From a virus (taxonomy: Duplodnaviria > Heunggongvirae > Uroviricota > Caudoviricetes): 18,044 nucleotides of DNA. Positions 15,644 through 18,044 of this stretch are shown one piece after another. The stretch is from the IMG/VR virus record IMGVR_UViG_3300022699_000502, positions 64,001 through 82,044 of that record; one strand, given 5' to 3'. Below the pieces are notes generated by a model that had not been told where the DNA came from, searched no databases, and saw only the letters and a program-made list of their open reading frames with translations. Positions within the stretch are counted from its first letter, which is position 1, and every line of letters begins with the position of its first letter. Position numbers and translations under genes: made by a program.

Positions 15644-15804
15644 TGCAACACCACCAAGGAGTTAGGGGTTCTTTTCCCTTTCTCCATACTAGCGCAAAAT
15701 TACCGAAATGCTAACCGGCAGGGTCACTATAGCTAAGTAGCCGTCAGAATATCTCGCAGTTTAGGAGGACGGAGAAGAAACCCATCCTCCCTTTTGGTGT
15801 TGTG
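15644..15804. ncRNA. Candidate structured non-coding RNA, ~160 nt rod-like hairpin
   Basis: Hand-folded nested helices: 15644-15653/15795-15804, 15656-15661/15787-15793, 15666-15677/15771-15783, 15680-15685/15764-15769, 15688-15694/15755-15760 and 15716-15719/15740-15743. The element is intergenic and flanked by promoter-like elements on both strands. Confidence 0.5.
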
Positions 15805-15811
15805 TGTATGT

Positions 15812-15846
15812 TTTATATACCTGTTGTTCTATTTAAATGTTTTGGA
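15812..15846 (-). promoter_or_regulatory. Reverse-strand viral promoter P5 (TCCAAAACA-TTTAAATAG-N9-TATATAAA)
   Basis: The reverse complement of 15829-15846 is identical over 18 nt to 11931-11948. The downstream TATATAAA lies at the same 9 nt spacing (15819-15812). The predicted start is ~15808-15810. Confidence 0.72.
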
Positions 15847-15862
15847 CACATTCGCGGACTAA

Positions 15863-15899
15863 TGTCCTACCCTCCCCATAACATTTAAATAGTAGGACA
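15863..15899 (+). promoter_or_regulatory. Promoter P6 (CCATAACA-TTTAAATAG) enclosed by an 8 bp inverted repeat TGTCCTAC/GTAGGACA
   Basis: TATA at 15884-15891, inverted-repeat arms at 15863-15870 and 15892-15899. It lies upstream of the scaffold-cement-capsid genes. Confidence 0.6.
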
Positions 15900-15925
15900 C
15901 CGATAGGTTTAAATAGGTGAACTAC

Positions 15926-16813
15926 ATGGGACAATCCCTCGCCGAGTACCCCCTTCCTGAAGAAAACAAACCGATGAAAGTGAGTGCCAGTGAACTCGAT
16001 TCTGTAGTCCTTATTTCAAAGGGTTATGAATCTGATGATACCATGCAAGACGGTGATATTTCAAGTGAAGTTCAAGGGCTTGCAGAGAAGTTGGGGGTAA
16101 AGGAGTCTAGTGTTGAAAGTTTACTGACTCCTTTATTCATGCAAGATTCTTACCCTATGCCGGATGGTGAAGAACCGATGAAGGTAGAGGCAGGAGAACT
16201 AGAGTACGTAGTACTTGCTCCGAAAGGATACGAGGGTTACCCTCAAACTGAAGGAGGTATGCAAATGACTGAAGAAGATGAAGAAGTTACTGAGGAGGAT
16301 CAAAATATGTCCGAAGATTCACAAGATCAAGAGCTTTCTGAGATGAAAGAGGAGGTCAAAAAGATGACACAGAAAAGCGAAGAACTGAAATTAGAAAACG
16401 AACAATTGTCAGAGAAAGTCGAGGAGTACGAAAACTCCGTTAGTGATTACGAAGAAAAAGTGGAACAGTTAGAACAGGAAAAGCAGGAATTACAAGACAA
16501 AGTCGATGAATACGAAGAGATGCTTGAGCAGAAAGAGAAGTCTGAGAAAAGACAACTTGCTGAAGACATAATGGAAATTCGTGAAAAGAAAGGTCTCGTA
16601 GATGAAGATTGTGATTGTGAACAAAAATTGAGTGAATTAACAGAGATGCCAAAAGATGCATTAAAGGCGATACTACAGGACTTAAAAGAAGTTAGTGAAA
16701 AGCTTTCCGAACCACAACCGAAAGTTAAAGAGAATGTGGAAGAGGAAGAACATAAAAACAGTGATGAAAAGAAAGAAGCTCTAAGAAAAGAGCTTTTCGG
16801 TGATAGAGAATAA
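15926..16813 (+). CDS. Capsid scaffolding protein
   Basis: ATG 15926 after AGGTGA (GTG 15917 is the alternative). Very acidic, with a long heptad coiled coil (LKLENEQLSEKVEEYENSVSDYEEKVEQLEQEKQELQDKV). Directly upstream of cement and capsid genes. Confidence 0.75.
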   Translation: MGQSLAEYPLPEENKPMKVSASELDSVVLISKGYESDDTMQDGDISSEVQGLAEKLGVKESSVESLLTPLFMQDSYPMPDGEEPMKVEAGELEYVVLAPKGYEGYPQTEGGMQMTEEDEEVTEEDQNMSEDSQDQELSEMKEEVKKMTQKSEELKLENEQLSEKVEEYENSVSDYEEKVEQLEQEKQELQDKVDEYEEMLEQKEKSEKRQLAEDIMEIREKKGLVDEDCDCEQKLSELTEMPKDALKAILQDLKEVSEKLSEPQPKVKENVEEEEHKNSDEKKEALRKELFGDRE

Positions 16814-16830
16814 TCTCCAGCAAATGGAGA
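16814..16830 (+). other. Short hairpin TCTCCA-GCAAA-TGGAGA between scaffold and cement genes
   Basis: A 6 bp perfect inverted repeat immediately after the scaffold stop codon. Function unknown. Confidence 0.3.
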
Positions 16831-16854
16831 ATATAAAATTAAAGGTGAATAAAT

Positions 16855-17217
16855 ATGTCTGCAGGAGATATAGATTACGAATTCAGCCTTTGGGTTAAAA
16901 GCGGCACAGCAAACGCTTCAATAACCGCAGGTGATATCGTATATAACGGTGGAGACGGATGGATACCCGCTGACGGCAGTTATAGTGGTCAGCCAATTGG
17001 TGTTGCAAATGCGGATGCAGATTCTGCATCTTCGTTCGCGATTATCAGATCAGGTGTTGTATCCGTTGCAAAGGCAACAGGAACTGCTACAGTAGATGGT
17101 ACAGAAGTTGATTTGACTAGTGGTGAAGTAGAAGAAGGTGGAACAACAACTCCAAATGCATTTGTTGTTGAAGCCACAGCAAGCGACGCTGAAGAAGTGC
17201 AAATTTATCTAGTCTAG
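16855..17217 (+). CDS. Capsid cement/decoration protein (DUF2190-like)
   Basis: 120 aa with ITAGDIVY..PIGVA..A..IIRSGVVSVAKATG pattern, located between scaffold and major capsid genes, with AGGTGA upstream. Confidence 0.7.
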   Translation: MSAGDIDYEFSLWVKSGTANASITAGDIVYNGGDGWIPADGSYSGQPIGVANADADSASSFAIIRSGVVSVAKATGTATVDGTEVDLTSGEVEEGGTTTPNAFVVEATASDAEEVQIYLV

Positions 17218-17228
17218 AGGTGATATGA

Positions 17229-18044
17229 ATGGGTAAACTAGTTGTTAGAGACGATTTGTCAGATCCGATGAAGGCTGAAGTAATACTGGAAGAAGTCTAT
17301 AGAGAAGTGAGAGCATCATATAATTTAAGAGAGGCTTGTAGAGTAATTGGTACGGGTGAAGCATTAAATATTGAGATTCCACTTGTAACCCAGAGAGTAT
17401 CTGGTCAGCAAGATGTGCCTGAATTAGAAGAGGCTGAGATCTCAAGTCAAGCTTATAGTCACATTTCATCCAAGTTACACAAGAATGTCGTACACATAGC
17501 ATTGTCCAGAGAAGCACAGATGGAAGCTAAACAAGATATATTGTCGATGCATGTACAAGATGCAGGTCAAGAGATCGGTAGAATGGAGAATGCAGAGATC
17601 GCTGATGAGTTTAGCGCATTAGACAGTAATAGCGGCAGCGATTGGTCAGCATCCAATGATCCGTTCGACGACATAATGACAGCTGCAACCACTGTACGTG
17701 AAAATGGATATGAACCAACACAATTGTGGATGGAACCGGGTGTTTATTCCGCGTTAGTATCCAACGATGACATACTTGACAGGCTCGAAAGAGGTGCTAC
17801 AGCAGACGGTCAGTTAGGAACCATAGCTGGTTTTGATATAAGACTTGATCAGGAACTACCTGATGGAGAAGCATATCTGATCGATCCAACCGCACCAGCA
17901 TTCGTGCTGTTCGATGGTCCAGAATGGATATCTGAATATAGTTCAGATACAGCATTCTATGATGGTTATATCATAGCGGACTTCCTCGGATTAGAGACAG
18001 TATTACCAAATGCTGCGTATAGGCTGACTGATCTATTAGGTTAA
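17229..18044 (+). CDS. Major capsid protein, HK97-like fold
   Basis: 271 aa with IEIP..VPELEE..KLHKNVVHIALSRE..DIL..IGRMENAEI, DPFDDIMTA..V..GYEPTQLWMEP and GTIAGFDIRLDQELPDGEAYLID. GAGGTGAT upstream; the stop is at the window end. Confidence 0.85.
   Translation: MGKLVVRDDLSDPMKAEVILEEVYREVRASYNLREACRVIGTGEALNIEIPLVTQRVSGQQDVPELEEAEISSQAYSHISSKLHKNVVHIALSREAQMEAKQDILSMHVQDAGQEIGRMENAEIADEFSALDSNSGSDWSASNDPFDDIMTAATTVRENGYEPTQLWMEPGVYSALVSNDDILDRLERGATADGQLGTIAGFDIRLDQELPDGEAYLIDPTAPAFVLFDGPEWISEYSSDTAFYDGYIIADFLGLETVLPNAAYRLTDLLG

Larger units (their letters stand above)
1..18044 (+). mobile_element. Fragment of a tailed dsDNA virus (Caudoviricetes) genome or provirus, probably infecting a halophilic archaeon
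   Basis: HK97-like capsid, scaffold, cement and prohead protease genes plus fibre/LamG proteins. Dense co-oriented genes. D/E-rich proteins, TTTAAATA boxes with upstream CCAAAAC, and (G)GTGA motifs before starts. No housekeeping genes are present. Confidence 0.88.

Noticed and set aside
15714-15745. GGCAGG...AAGTAGCC resembles SRP RNA helix 8 (CAGG...AGCAGCC)
   Set aside because: The GNRA tetraloop is absent, the closing pairs do not register and AGCA is AGTA. The resemblance is too weak to call SRP RNA.
15695-15760. Fragments reminiscent of group I intron P/Q/R elements next to a LAGLIDADG gene
   Set aside because: No convincing R/S (P7) pairing, the element is too short, it interrupts no gene, and the endonuclease lies outside it.
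30-17517. The many minus-strand ORFs and short alternative-frame plus ORFs in the track (e.g. 30-335, 5715-6062, 14419-14961, 17245-17517)
   Set aside because: All overlap longer, motif-bearing + strand genes and read like antisense or frame shadows of GAT/AAT/GGT-rich coding sequence. No motifs or start signals were found.

Overview
An 18 kb fragment of a tailed (HK97-capsid) virus genome, with all credible genes on the + strand. The host is probably a halophilic, AT-rich archaeon: most proteins are strongly acidic, promoters look like BRE/TATA elements and ribosome-binding sites look like GGTGA. The left part (1-7829) encodes fibre-like and LamG adhesin-like proteins. Then come two putative precursor proteins sharing a ~35 aa leader and a strict 4-residue-periodic core, two tandem radical SAM/SPASM enzymes and two small unknown proteins (6630-11627). 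The right part encodes a holin-like protein, a GT4 glycosyltransferase, a membrane-anchored coiled-coil protein, a multidomain prohead protease, a degenerate LAGLIDADG protein, a scaffold, a cement/decoration protein and the major capsid protein. The best candidate for a new system is a virus-encoded, RiPP-like dual radical SAM cassette. Its substrates resemble 'CXXX-repeat' peptides in which the periodic Cys is mostly replaced by Asn/Asp/Tyr, and one substrate is fused to a LamG domain. Other highlights are a ~160 nt rod-like hairpin bracketed by convergent promoters, and an ~8.2 kb stretch with no GATC. All counts and alignments were done by eye and family names come from motif recognition; no searches were run.
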